DNA of 63,989 nt, the filler included, from Hausera hauseri (lineage: Eukaryota), in assembly GCA_046269625.1 (NCBI GenBank). It is 11 parts of 11 records of this genome, joined end to end, with 100 filler letters (N's around TTAATTAATTAA, not from the genome) between each part and the next. Parts side by side here need not be neighbours in the genome. Positions count along the whole stretch, not along the records: positions 1 to 4,000 come from JBJURY010828527.1; positions 4,101 to 11,773 come from JBJURY010001126.1; positions 11,874 to 17,365 come from JBJURY010243294.1; 8 more parts are not named here. One strand, given 5' to 3'. The notes beneath the pieces were generated by a model. That model was not told the DNA's origin. It did no database searches and worked only from the letters and a program-made list of their open reading frames with translations. A program made the position numbers and the translations under genes. Each line of letters begins with the position of its first letter. Within the stretch, counting starts at the first letter, position 1. This document shows, piece by piece, positions 1 through 12,989 of the stretch.

Positions 1-285
1 ATTTACGCATAAACGGTGTTTCGTGGTATTGGCTTTCTTTGCCATAACTATAGGCAATGGCCATGGTAATTTACTAGGTTCAATGATGTCTTTTTCTAGC
101 ATGGCTTGTATTTGCTCTTCAACTTTCTTTTGGAGTGCTTTTGGAGGTGGGTACCATTTTGGTACTGGTTGTCGTAGTACGTCTATTTCCTGTCCAGTTT
201 GAGGATCCATCATGAATGCTAATTTGAACTCAACCAAATCTGTTCGGCCAATGTCTGTTTCATTTTTGGCAAATATGTTAATGTA
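1..285 (-). pseudogene. Ty3/gypsy reverse transcriptase N-terminus (glycoprotein-first family A1)
   Basis: Minus strand reads IFAKNETDIGRTDLVEF...PVPKWYPPPKALQKKVEEQIQAMLEKDIIEPSKLPWPLPIVMAKK...RLCVN, the typical start of a gypsy RT; truncated by the window edge. Confidence 0.85.
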
Positions 286-1030
286 TTAAATGATGAGATC
301 TGAAAAGTTCTCAAGGTACTCAGCGGCTAGATTTTTCTTTGAATTAGTAAGAACAATATCGAATATATCATCTGCTTTAGTTTCCTTATCTGCAGTCATT
401 GCTGCGATTTTACTATCATATTCAGGTTGGCGAATAATTTCATATGCTTGGCCTAATTTCGTTCTTGCAAACATTGTAATATACTTAGGAGATGAATTCA
501 AAACTACGATGGGAATTGTCCATCTAGTTACACAAACACAATAATGTGGCAATAATAATCCATTTTGAAATATCCGTGGTATGAATTCAATTATTTTGTT
601 ATCTGGAAATATTGTTCTAGCATGCATAACCTTCCTAGAATTAGGTGGTATTTTCTCCATATGTCCTATCCAAACGTCCGTTTCATTGTACGTATCTGGA
701 ATATTCTCATTGTTTGGGCAAAGCGATCCTGACTGCAAGTTTGTGTGAAATCCTTCCAAATTTCTTAATACATTCATTCCTAAAATATATCGTCGATCTA
801 GAGTTGTCATCACATCTAAAGTCACTTTTAGTTTTTTACCACAAATTATAGGTTCGCATTTCCAATACCCATATGGTTTCAGACATTGCTGAAAGGCTCA
901 TGTCGTACCCGTACATTCTTTTGAGGCCAATCTTATTTGTGACTGATATTCTTCCGGTATCGCATGATTTGCTATTAATGAAACGCTGGCTCCGGTATCT
1001 AACATTGCGTTTGTATCAAATGTACCGAAG
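286..1030 (-). pseudogene. Retropepsin aspartic protease followed by a dUTPase-like spacer domain
   Basis: AMLDTGASVSLI (DTG at about 999-991), then ILGMNVL in ORF 286..825 and IPPNSRKV...IPIVVLNSS...TKLG, resembling the degenerate dUTPase-like segment between PR and RT in many gypsy elements. Confidence 0.8.
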
Positions 1031-1799
1031 TGAACTGTCGTATGAGGTCGATTATCGCTTATCAGTTTGAGAAAAGTCAGGATGTGATTATGATCATCTA
1101 TATGTGGCTCTATTAAAGTATAACTTGCTGCATAATAACTTGGTGATCCATTTGATAATATGACAGTTAAACTGTCTAAGGATTGCGGGTCATTTGCTGG
1201 CTCTTTCGTTCGTTGTTTGAATTCAGTTAAATCCGGGTAATAACTTGCACGTTCAGTAAAGTTTTGCTGTATTTTAGCAGGTGGTATTGTTGAAATCAAA
1301 TAATTTGTCCTTCCGTTTGGTTGTTCGATATAATTCTCGTTGGTTGGTCTATTTAGTTTTACTCGATGATGAGGTATAGGTGGCAAATATTTTAATTTTG
1401 GAGAGATTGGTATTGATACTCTATTCTTTTCCATCTTTTGTGTAATAATAGATTGAAGTATTTCTTCTTGCGAATATTTAGGAATACTGTGTAGCCGTAT
1501 GTATTCTTCTCTTTTTCCATATGGATCATTTAGGTCAGATAACTTTGGTAGTTTGTCAATTGTTTGTTTGTCAATCGGACGTATTTTACTTTCATACTGA
1601 GCATCTGGTACTATTTGATTGTTCTTTAATTTTCCTTTCTTTATTGTAAAAAGTTTTCGGATTTTTCTATTCTTTTTCTTAGAAATATTCGGTTTTGAGT
1701 ATTGTCCACGTGTGTTATCATTATCATCTGAGCTTGATGAGGTATCTTCCAGTATCGGATTGTCATTCTTATAATCCACATGCTTCTCCAATTTACCTC

Positions 1800-3290
1800 G
1801 CCATTGCTTTTTATGGTAAGCTTTAATGACTTTGCCAAGCGGAGAAAGTAGAGCACCAATTATGCTTAAAGATAATTCTGTCAGATTGTAAATTTCATAA
1901 TCGTTTAATACTGAATTGATACAAAATTTCAAAATTTGTAGAATAAAATAAATAGCTAGAAATCCGGAAGCTACTTGTCCGAATTTTAAAAATCCACCCC
2001 ACATTTTGTGCCATAGACTGGAAACTATTTTTGTATAAGCATCGGGCATCCACAATCGATCCCATTTTCCTTCTCCAGCAGAATCATCAATTACTCTATG
2101 TATTCCCCTATTTACTACCTGCTCTCTTTTTCTAGGATATGCCAGAAATTTTACAAATGAGTCAATTTCTTTTTTGCTATACAATGCTGACTTTGATACA
2201 TTACTAAACATATTGGTTTCAATGGCATGTCTGAGATTAGTCATCGTCAACTTTTTTGGTTGTTCCTTTACTCTATCTCTATCAGGTAGTCTGACCCATA
2301 AGTCTTGATTATCGTATTTGATAAATAGATTGTTCAGTGCTGTACAGTTTTGAATTTCCGTTAATATTGTGTGTGGCGCCAATAGTTATAGGCTAAACAT
2401 ATCGAATGTCGTCTTTGTACTTAACTGATATTTGTGAATAGCACGGGGTGCCAGTGATTAAAGGTAGTTCCAGTTTCTTACATTTGTAGGTAATAATACG
2501 TCTCCTAGGACTTTGCCCTGGATTCCTTCGCCAAATGGTAATGTTATTGTTATCATATCTGGATTTGAAGCGTAAATAGCCAATCGATTTCTGAACGTCT
2601 CGAAATTTACTATACAGAAATTCTGTATTGTTTCAGAATATATTTTTTCTATCGTTTTGTGGGTGAGATAATATAGGAAATCATGTCTGTTAGCGATATA
2701 GTAAGCAATGTTTACTAATTGAGCTCTGTTAACTGGCGAATTATCTGCCTGCGCAATTTTCTTTTTCCGATATGAAATAATTTTCATATTTTATACCGAA
2801 CACTTGTTGTCCACATTTAACGGTCACGTCTTGTTGTATAAATTTAACTCTTCCTTTTATATCCTTTGATATTATAATTTTAGGGGTTCTCACCTCTGGA
2901 ATTGCTTGGGTGTTTGTATTTTCAAAATTTGTTTCATAATGTCGAGCATAACGTTTTCCTGTCGTTACATTAAATTCGCCTTTTCGAATCTGTACCAATG
3001 AGCAATCATAGCTCTTAGGAGCTGTCCATACTATCGTAGATGACTTTGTGTGACAATGTCCTATTTCTAATTTGCAGAAAGATGCATCCATCATTGTTTG
3101 TACTCGTTTCGAAAATAAAGGTATTTTTTATTTCGACTTCATATTGGTCATGTACTACCACTCCTGAAATGACACCTTTCCCTGTATCAAAATTACCTCC
3201 TCGGCAATTTCCTTTTTCATTCTTATGTCCGACGATCCATTTCTCTTGTTGAGAAATTATATCTGTTCCGAGATTATACATACTCCAGAA
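1800..3290 (-). pseudogene. Chuvirus-like (Jingchuvirales-type) envelope glycoprotein, frameshifted and 5'-truncated
   Basis: Ordered motifs GNCRGGNFDTGKGVISGVVV, CKLEIGHC..TIVW..DC, KCGQQV, FCIVNFE..ASNPD..GIQGKVLGDVL, ALYSKKEIDSFVKFLAYP and hydrophobic WGGFLKFGQVASGFLAIYFILQILKF match the chuviral G pattern; the C-terminal half shares ORF 898..2382 with the protease. Confidence 0.8.
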
Positions 3291-4000
3291 TAAGATGATT
3301 TAGTCGACCTAAGAATCCTTTGTTTGGTAGGCGATTCTCATTATGAGGAAGTAGTGAATCATTGTTTAAATTTCACCTATGATTGTTACATACTTTTTCC
3401 GAGGCCTGTTAATTTCTTCTCACTTTGGATACTTATTTCCAATCCTTATGTTAACATTCTATTTGATATTATACGAATTTAACAACGGGTAACATTTCAA
3501 AAGTTCACTTAGTACTTCTCACATTATTACTATTTTCCTTTAATCTACTTACGTTTCACGAATATAAGATGAGTAATACTTCATAAGGAGTATATTTATT
3601 CCTTTAGTGATTTGCCAATAGAGGAAAAATGCATCTTTTAAACAGAATAGATGATCATTTATTATATTCTTAACCAGGTACAATTCACAATGATATTATT
3701 AATCTTTATTACCGTTAACAACTAGGACCACAAAAATATACTAATTCGTGCCTCGTTTCCTATTTTCACGGAGCTTATTATAAATACATGCTAAGATTAT
3801 ATCACATAATTCCCTTGTTGGCTGTTTAGAGATAATTCGATAATTATCATGTTACACCAGACAAATTTTCTACTCGTTCATTCCCATTCACGTACACTAA
3901 ACGTTTATTGATTTTTCTACTAATTGAGAAAATATACATTTGACGAATAAATTCCGTCTTACTCAGCACTTTATTTACCTTGGCTCGTCCAAGCTTACCG

Positions 4001-4100
4001 NNNNNNNNNNNNNNNNNNNNNNNNNNNNNNNNNNNNNNNNNNNNTTAATTAATTAANNNNNNNNNNNNNNNNNNNNNNNNNNNNNNNNNNNNNNNNNNNN
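4001..4100. other. Artificial contig spacer (N-TTAATTAATTAA-N, 100 bp); also at 11774, 17366, 21689, 25823, 32623, 38659, 43917, 50912 and 54953
   Basis: Identical 100-bp structure occurs ten times; the core gives stops in all six frames. Confidence 0.98.
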
Positions 4101-4446
4101 TCTTTCTTATTATTTTTATAGTATTCATTCTGATAATATAATCTAGTCTGCTGATTTTTATGATAATATTTATTTTGGTCTTTTTTATAACAAATTTTGC
4201 ATTTAGTTTTATAATAAGTACTTTTATCACTATAAAATTCACTAATATCTTTTTTAATATTGCATTTAGCACAAAATCCTTGGGTTTGGGATGTGAATTT
4301 TGGATATTCGCACTGTTTTTTCCCGATCGATTGTGAAAAATGCACCAATGTCCAATTTGGTCATAACGAATGTCTTCTCTCGGAAAATAGACTTTTTTAG
4401 ACATTTTTGATGCTGACTGGGCCGATGAATTAGATGACCTAGCCAT
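4101..4446 (-). pseudogene. Cys-rich fragment: piggyBac-like C-terminal zinc finger running into a CxxC...CxxC ribbon
   Basis: DIRYDQIGHW..KQCEYPK...FCAKCNI resembles the piggyBac tail (compare VRLDSIGHLP..RCRLC at about 16790), followed by KKDISEFY...CKIC. Confidence 0.4.
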
Positions 4447-4706
4447 GCTTTTTTACAGGGGCAATTTTATATTTACACAGAGATTCGGCAACCTCTGTTC
4501 GAAACGTGGGAAGCGGTTTTCTGTCTTTTCCAGGGTTCACACTGTGATACCAAATATGCGTTCACCAATGCTACGTCAATATGATGGTAAATGATACGAT
4601 TCGTCCATTTGTGCGTTTTCATGCGGATTGATAACGATCAAGTTACCAAATCATCAAATCGACACCTCCCATATGTTGATTATATTCTTTCATTATTTAT
4701 GGGCAG

Positions 4707-7370
4707 CAGGGTGGCCCAATTTTTTTTGGAAATTACGTATGTATTGCAGTTAAATGTTTTACTTTCAACATGACAATAAACCACGCAAAAAATCATTAGT
4801 TTTGGTTAGCATTTATTGGTTGTTCAAAGGACATGAAATTTTATATGATATCATTAATGCGATTTTACAGTAATTTTTTACAAATTTACATCATAATATC
4901 AACATTTTCTGAGAATCTATACCATTCTATGGTTACCACATCTCTGCTAATGACAATAAAGTTATTATTTACAAAAAAACAACTATCAAAGTTAGACAAA
5001 GTTCACTAGTCACAGCTGGTCCCAGTCATGTACAGTAGTCATTCTCGCATCACATACGTGATCAGTGTCTGTTTGCTATAGTCTGGAAACCGCTTTCTGT
5101 GATCTTCTATCACTTGAATTAGTCTTTGAATTTTATTTTCATTCTTGATAATAGGGGTGTTGAAGTATGACATTAATGCTCTTGGACGTTCAGCAATGTC
5201 GTTGACAACTTTGAGTTGACAATGCGCTTGTTCTGGATGTACACATGTGAGTCATTCCAGGTTTCTGGATCAGTTGTCATGATGAAATTCACGTCAAGAT
5301 GTAGCAGCTATAAACTTATCAGCTGGTTCAACTCTTTATTTTGTAGATCTGCGCATTTCTCAAGCCGGATACCTCGTATGGTGGCCTCTTGTCTACAATA
5401 TTGCATTCGTTGGCTAATTTGACGCTTTGCCTCCAGTGAAACTCTGTTGGAGAACAATGCCAGTGGAACCAGCTGTGGTCCATCATACCACAAGTGGTTA
5501 TCACGTTTTTGCAGAGCAGCATCTGCCACAGCCTTACTCATCTCAGCATATTGATTGATGTTCCTAAGCAACAGCAAGTCATTAAGAGCCGCATCACTCG
5601 CCAGCGGACATGAGATCCAAGCTTTCATATATACATGACTGACAAACGGACAAAATTGTTAGATTCTTAAGCTCTATTGCTGTCATTTTAAAATGTTCTC
5701 GGAATAGCATAATCTTGAAACAATATATGACTTTAGTCGTCCATCTGACTTGGTGGACAGCACCTGGAAGTAGAAAGCGGTACTTGGTCTCAGTCTCATG
5801 TGGTGCATCAAGAATCAGGCGGTACAAGTTGATGAGTTCTGTGTAATCATCTCGTGGTATGTAGGCATTATCTGATGACTGGTATTTTTGCAAGAAAGTG
5901 ACTACTTCTTGTCGCAGTTGTGTCATGACTGGCAGTAACATACGCGTATCTTCTAATGGCTTGAAGTTCTGTTGAACAATGAGGCTAAAAGGACTGGAAG
6001 CGTTCAAATATTGCAATGTTTGTGCTTTTGCTCGGCCCAAACAATATTGTAAACATTCCAGCGACAATCAATTCATCAACATGATGCCTGTATGCAAAGT
6101 ACAGAAGCTTTTATCCAAGTTGCTGGTCGAGAAGAACACATGCGCCGTTGTGTGCACCTGTGTTGCTGTCTGTTGTGTCGAAACACGCCCACAATGTCAT
6201 GAGCAACTTCCCAGAGATTCAGCAACTGAGTGGTAGCAGCTGCTTGTGCCTTTTCCGGTTCCACATGATGTTTTACTGATGCCAAGTATTTCGCTGACCG
6301 CGTATCCACTTACAGCTACGTCAACCATATCAACATTGGATTTTTGGTCTGATGAACTATTGTTTGTGGTGGTGGTGTCCCTCATAAGCTTGCCATCCCA
6401 GTGAACAACTAAAGGTGGCTTGTCATTCTGGAAATCGCCACGTGTTCAGCTATCAATGTATGACCTGTGAGTTGAACGCTTACGTTGCATTGTTTGCCGT
6501 GAATGTACCACTATACTTAAGTCTTCCGTGTTAGCTTTAGCTATTGCTGCTACTAGTATAGCAAACTTTTTGTCACTCAGATTGATTTGATCTAAGACTG
6601 AGGAAACATCAGGACTATTTAGTGTTTTTTCAAGTAACCTGGATCTTTTGGATTCTACTGCTGTCATATCACATTCATCATCATCATTATCATCACATTC
6701 TGACTTTAGACGTGTCAAATGTCGTTTGTAGTGTGTAGGTATCTCAAACTCTATCTTTTCACTATCATTCTCATCATCATGACTTTAAGTGTTACTGTCA
6801 CCAGAAATATTATATCGAGTGCTGATTTGTGAAATTGACTTGTTTTCTCGAGCCTCTCTCTGTTTCTCTTTCTCGTTTCGCTCCAGTTCTTTTAGCCTGC
6901 AGTTTGCTGATCGTTCCTCTTGTTCCAATTGTTTAACACCGCTCATCACTATTTTCTCAATGTTCTCTGGTCTTCTAGAAGCAAATTATCATCGATTTTG
7001 ATCTGTCTCTGAATACTTGTGACTTACGTCAAACAGTTTCAGCTTGGTTTTAAGCCTTTTTCACGGCATTGTTGAGTAGCAGAGTCTATGGATTTGTTCT
7101 TTTTCAGGAGGTTATATTCATCAACCAGTGACCTCAATTTTCAAGTGATGTTTTGTAATAGGGCTGTTGGTATTTGAGCAGGGACCCATATTAACAGCAA
7201 CTGATCTATTTTAAATTTCAGGCTTTGGGAAAGTGAATTTGGTGTATTGTGATAATAGAAAGTTCACCCCACTTCTGTTGTTAGTAAGACCATTGCTGGA
7301 AGGATAGGTTCTGGCTGGCCAATCAACTATACTGCAGTTTTACTCCTTGTCTTGTGAGACTCCATTAGAC
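4707..7370 (-). mobile_element. hAT-superfamily (hATm-like) DNA transposon with degenerate transposase
   Basis: VVHWDGKL, FDTTATG..GAC, YFAYRHHVDELIV (CxxH-like), PGAVHQVRW..KVIY, NHLWY; CAGGGTGG at 4707 resembles an hATm terminus. Confidence 0.75.
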
Positions 7371-8329
7371 CTAAAGAATTAAGGAAATGATTTAATGGTA
7401 AACTAGTGCCTTTGAATTAAATTAAACATTTTTAAATTTCAAATTAAAATTGCAGACATTGTAAGCAACAATGTCTGCTGCAAGTCATTGCATAGAATAT
7501 CTATTTAAGAATTTTTTAATTTGTAAATAAATACAAGGATTAATCAAATAAGCCAACAATTCATTATCTATATTATACTTAGATCGACTAATTCAGATTC
7601 TGCGTTGTTTCTGCAGGTATTGTAAAATTAAAATACATGTTTATATGAAATATTAACAAAAGGTTGATTATGTATTTCAGCTAAAGGTATGTTGGAAATG
7701 ACATTGCATACGAGAAACACAAAAACTATTATTTGAACAAACTAATTTTGAATAAATTCGTTTAATGTAAAAAGATGTACATATTAACATTGAATCATTT
7801 TTTTGTTTTGTATTTTGTTTTTGTTTATATTTAAAGAGGAGAAGGAACTATTGAGACACTCTGTAGTGAAGCTGTAGTATACATTATGTTTGATCAAAGG
7901 TTCTGTTCTAAGATTAATCAACTCTTGACTACAATATCATCTTTGCGTTTATTATTATAGACCAAGAATTATGGAACAAGGGTCCTATCAGGACAGTGAA
8001 AAACTGCTGCACTACAAGTGGGGTATCTTAATACTGAAGAAAGGCATTTGTGCATATAGCTGGGGTCAATATTAGTCTATGCTTCGATTTGACCCATGAT
8101 ATACCTCTGCCTAAAGGGAATGGACTGTTTGAAAAGGAAAATTCCAATGCTTGCAATTAATAAGCAGCACTAGTAAGATAGGAGTGCAGGACGCCAACCT
8201 CCTTGCTGAGAGTTAGAATCAATTTGGTTTGGGGATGTGTGATGGGTGAGAGAAATTGATACACATGCACGTTTAATAGGTCGGAGATAGGAGGCATACA
8301 GTTTTCAGATTGATCCCTTTGTATTTCAG

Positions 8330-9205
8330 GACTGGTTTTTTCTGTTTTCAGAGCGTAAGACTTTGGTCGTAAGAAAATCCCTTCATGATATTCAACACAA
8401 TCCTTACTATCATCTTTAAATTTTCCAATAACAGCTGAGAATAGAGATGAGTAAAGTGGATCACGCACATCGTAGTTCGAAGTATCTAGCTGCTCATTTT
8501 CAATCATTGGCGGTAAAAGTTGGGATCGTAAGTCAACACCACTGCACTCAAGAAACTCTCCGTGAGAGCAGAAGTGATATTAATCTCGCAGTAAAACTGA
8601 TGCCTGTACATTTCTAATTCGATAGTTTAATTTATACATCCTAAACTTAGACAGATCAATTACTTCCTGACCGATGTATGAAGGCCTGTCTAAAATAACT
8701 ATCTTTATCGAGGAGAATTGCAACTAAATCATCAACTATAATAATAATCTCCTTAAACAGTGCTTTGCTGGTATATGTTATAAGCTTCTTAGAATTATTA
8801 CACAGCCTCAAGTTGGACTTTTTGAGGAGATTCACAACTGTTTTGCCATATAAGCTATTGTTTTTCAGCTTAAAGAAATATTTCTCGAAAGTATTATTTG
8901 CTGCAGGTCTTTTAGCGGTGTTTAAATCAATCTAATCCTTAAACATATAACACTGGTCACATTCAACAGCCCGATAAATCTTTTAAACAACAGCACCTAA
9001 CTCAATGTAAAACTGCAGAAGCAGGTAGTGAATCACGTAGTTGGATTTACGCTAATGTGTCAACAACAATTTCTTAACTTTTGACCCAGGAGAACATTAA
9101 ATGACTAATGCTAAAGGCAGTTGATCTAATTTATCCTGTTTGTCAGACGGAATACTTATATCCACTTCAAACACAAAGCCTCGTTTTTCCTTAACATTGC
9201 TAAGA
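8330..9205 (-). pseudogene. Polinton/Maverick protein-primed family B DNA polymerase, C-terminal fragment
   Basis: GFVFEVDI, FKLKNNSLYGKT, LDTSNY...IGKFKDD, FLRPKSYA. Confidence 0.85.
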
Positions 9206-9210
9206 TAAAG

Positions 9211-9543
9211 TGTGGTTTTAATAATCCATTTGGATTATTCGTAAATAAAACCTTTGATTTGATAACGACAAACAAACTAATAATCATATCTGTAAAAAAA
9301 ATTAATTCAAATTTCAAAATTTTTTATTTCTGAGAAACCATATCAAACACAATTAAAAGAAATGTGGTACACGAAACCGTTAAAAGTTTATAAAATTTGG
9401 GGCACAACACAATAAGGTTAAAACGACGAAAATGTATCAAATTGTCGGCAATTACGAATACGAATAACAGAACAAAAAAAATAATAGTGTATTTACAGGT
9501 CAATCGAGGGTTCAAAGAAACATATTTCTTGTTGAGCACTACA
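9211..9543 (-). repeat. 3' LTR of gypsy family B, copy 1
   Basis: Minus strand TGTAG...CCACA, preceded by the polypurine tract GGGGGAGGGGGTGA (9544-9557); abuts the PolB remnant. Confidence 0.65.
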
Positions 9544-11773
9544 TCACCCCCTCCCCCGTAGCAAAGCAACGACTAAAGAGGTAAGAAAATGGAAGATGTG
9601 TAGAAACGGTGTAGGTTGTCTAAGTGGTCTTTGTATGAATAAAACGATGTACCCCTGCAGTATTAATCTCCTTATTGTAGGTAATAAATGTGACTGATTT
9701 GCGCATTTTCAATGTCTTTAAGTCTGGTTGCGGAAAAGATTAAGGAAAAACAATGTCGGGTTTCGGCGTTGAAGGTGTTGTGTCGTTCAATGACGAAAAA
9801 GAAGGTGGAGGAGTAGATGTAGAAGAAAAGGAAGGAAAGGTTGGAAGGTTAGTAGGAAGAGAGTTTGGAGTAGGGTCAGATCAAGGAGTAGGTAAACGGG
9901 TCAGAATGGAAAAAGATGTAGGGGGTGTAGGAATTGAAAAGGTACAAAACGGAGGAGTTAAAAAAGGGATAGAAGATTCAATTTGGGGGTGTCGTCTACA
10001 AAAAATGCAGGCTTGACGTTGTTGATATGTACCGCTAGTTCCTTACCGTCTTTGGAAATAATGGCATTGTGAGAGTGCAATTTGAAGAGTTTGTAAGGCC
10101 CCAAATACCGTGGCTGAAAACCTCACGGTGTTTGGTTTCTCAGCCAGACAAACTTTGCAGAATATAAATCGTCGGGTAGGTACGTTTTATTTTTATGTAT
10201 TATTCTGCAGAATGAATCTCTACTGACTGAGACAAAATGATTCTGTGCCGTTCGGATAGCTTCGTTTGTTGGTGTATCTTCCAAGGCTGTTAACTCAAAT
10301 AATGAACGTACAGGCGTTCCGAAAAAGGCTTCTGTAGGCGAACAACCAGTAGCAGTAGAAGGATTGTTACGCCAATCCAGAAGAACCAACAAAAAAAGAG
10401 TAGTCAAACTGCTATTGAATTATGCGAGGATTCTCAGTGACGTTTTTAGTGTTATGTGGAATCTCTCTAGAAGACCATTTGATTGGGGGTGATACGGTGA
10501 TGTGTGTATATAGCTGATTCCTAATCGGTTAACGAAAGATTTGAAAAAATTGGACTCAAACTGAGTACCTTGGTCCGTAATAATGAATCTACGGGATCCA
10601 AATTTGCTGATCCAAATGCGTATGAAAACGTCGGCTATTGTGTCCATGTTAGTGTTGTGTAGGGGGACAGCTTCTGGCCAACGTGAGGAACGATCCACCA
10701 CGGTCAAAACGAACTGATGACCGTTTTCAGGAGGAAGAGGGCCAATGAGATCAACATAAACAGACGCGAAACGTGATGTGCAAGGGAAATGATATAGTGG
10801 TGGCTTCAATTGTTTGGCACTTTTAAATTTCTGGCAAGCCACGCACTCCTTAACCCACGCTTGCACATCGGAACGCATAGTCGGCCATATTACTTGCCGG
10901 TGGAATAAGCGAAAAGTTGCCTTAGCGCCAGGTTGGTGTAGAGAATGTACACTGTTAAACGCTTGTCGTTGTAAAGGTGGTATGAGAATTATTACGAAAT
11001 AACCCGGCTTGGAAGTTTCTAAAGCCACGCCGTCAACAATTTTGCAAGATTTAAAAGAGGCGGCTGGTTCTGTTGGAGTTGTACTTGAGTAAAGATTGGT
11101 GAAAAATTAATTGAACCAACCGTCCTAGATAAGAAATCGGCAACCAAATTTTTAAACCCTTTAATATGTTTAATGTCAAAGTTAAATGTCGGAAGATATG
11201 ATTTCTGTTGTTTTAGTTGGCGCGAGGAAGGATGTTAAATAGCCATGATGTTTAGCAAGAGCTTCTGGTCGGTCTGTATGGTAAAACGGCGAGCGACAAG
11301 TAGGTGGGAGAAATGCTTTAAAGCGAGTACAATGGCCAATAATTCACGATCGAACGTTGAATATTTAGTTTCAAGGAATGTTAGCTTACGAGAAAAAAGT
11401 CTAGCGGTTGATTGTCGCCTTCGTGTATTTGATGAAGCACAGCACCTACCGCGGTGGTTGAATCGTCTATAGTAAGGATGAGTTTCGTATCAGGCCTGGG
11501 GAAAACGAGAATGTCGGCGGTTTTAATTCCTTCGTGTAGCTTGTCAGACATATCAAGCAGTTCGGGTGTCACCGGATTGGCTTATGTTTTTTGCCACCGC
11601 TTAAGTGAGCAAATGGTGTGGTAAGTTCAGAGCATTACGTCACATACTTGCGAACGAAGTGCAAAGTTCCCAAAAAGCTTCTCATTTCTGTTGTTGTTCG
11701 AGCTAGTTGTATACTTTTGAGTGCTTCAACCCGTTCAGGCTGAGGAGAATGACCATTTGCTGAGATGATGTGT
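9544..11773 (-). mobile_element. Ty3/gypsy family B copy 1: end of RT, RNase H, integrase, low-complexity tail
   Basis: RH motifs (YSTFDRELLA), IN HSLHQPG..CVAC, VDLIGPLP, TDQGTQF, YHPQSNGLLERFH; colinear with 33545-35770. Confidence 0.9.
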
Positions 11774-11873
11774 NNNNNNNNNNNNNNNNNNNNNNNNNNN
11801 NNNNNNNNNNNNNNNNNTTAATTAATTAANNNNNNNNNNNNNNNNNNNNNNNNNNNNNNNNNNNNNNNNNNNN

Positions 11874-12330
11874 TCTCAGTGGAGATACGGGCTACATACT
11901 GGAGGTGGATGTTGAATATCCAGCTTCCATCCACATAATGCATGAACAGCTGCCTTTCCTCCATTACAGTAAGCCTCCTCTCCATGGAAAGCATAGAAAA
12001 CTGCTCTGTCATCTGGACAGTAGGGAGAGGTATGTAGTCCACTACATAAATCTCCAGCAAGCGGTCAGAAATGGACTCCGCATCACGAAGATCCATCGGA
12101 CCCTGTAGTTCAGCCAGTCAAACTGGCTGAAGCAATATATAGATCTTAATACTAAGCTGCGGACCAATGCCAAGAACGACTTTGAGAAGGACCAGTTCAA
12201 GCTTTACAATATCAGCTTTTTTGGCAACACCATGGAGAATATCCGCAACAGGATTAACATTGAGTTGGTCCGTGAGTGGAAGCGGGCAAAGAAGCTCATT
12301 GCCAAGCCCCATAGATAATCCTATTTGACT
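11874..12330 (+). pseudogene. Polinton PolB fragment
   Basis: GYILEVDVEYP..HEQLPF, YVVHYINL, YIDLNTKLRTNAKNDFEKDQFKL..FFGNTMENIRNR. Confidence 0.85.
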
Positions 12331-12499
12331 TTCCAACTGTATGCCATAGAGACAAGGGGAATCAAGTGACATCATCAGATTTTTTCGAAAATTCAAAGTT
12401 CGATATTCGGGCCAAAAAAATTCGAATTTCAAATATTTGACTCGATATTCTAGATCTCCATACTCGGTTTCCTATCTGTCCCGATCAATGTAATATCGA

Positions 12500-12950
12500 T
12501 TTTTGCTTCCTTAGGGCCTAAAAAACCTATGAGCATTCACCACCACCTGCACCTTCGATTCGATATTATTCGACAACCACTCGATCGATTTAAATTCTAA
12601 TTTCACATTCACATAGTGTACCGTTTTCCAATCGATTTCATCCGGTGCCATGTGCTGATCACCAATATTGGAATTATCGGAAATCCGATATTATTAATTT
12701 ACACCCACTTGCACATGTACAGGTGCACTGCACAGTGTACAAATCGATGCGCCTTGATGTGCACTATCGATTAGCACTTTGTGCTAATCGATTCGATCAA
12801 TAATGCAATGTGCAGCGATCGATTTGTGAAATGTGCAAAAGTGTGCATAGCAACGGTGCCAAACGGCACAGTCACCATGCATGTGCCGATCGATAGTGCA
12901 CCGGGTGTACTATTGATTAGCACATGTGCAGTATCGATTTATCGGTTACC
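12500..12950 (+). repeat. Palindrome-rich noncoding repeat (copy 1), probably Polinton subterminal
   Basis: Colinear with 21040-21410 (+) and 17055-17360 (-); dense ATCGAT/GTGCAC/TGCACA words. Confidence 0.7.
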
Positions 12951-12989
12951 CCCCACCCCGGGGTTGTGGAGAATGCCCATTTTCTCCCT

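Noticed and set aside
3340-4000. 5' LTR, PBS or gag of the G-first element
   Set aside because: AT-rich with no ORF; a TGTAACA end at about 3385 is not followed by a TGG primer-binding site and G is truncated here, so absence of gag upstream of G cannot be proven
4001-4100. Recurring TTAATTAATTAA as a biological repeat, and ORFs containing X runs
   Set aside because: Assembly linker; ORFs and gene neighbourhoods across it are artefacts
9753-10016. Glu/Gly/Val-rich plus-strand ORF (also 33750..34007)
   Set aside because: Antisense of the Ser/Thr/Pro-rich tail downstream of the gypsy integrase
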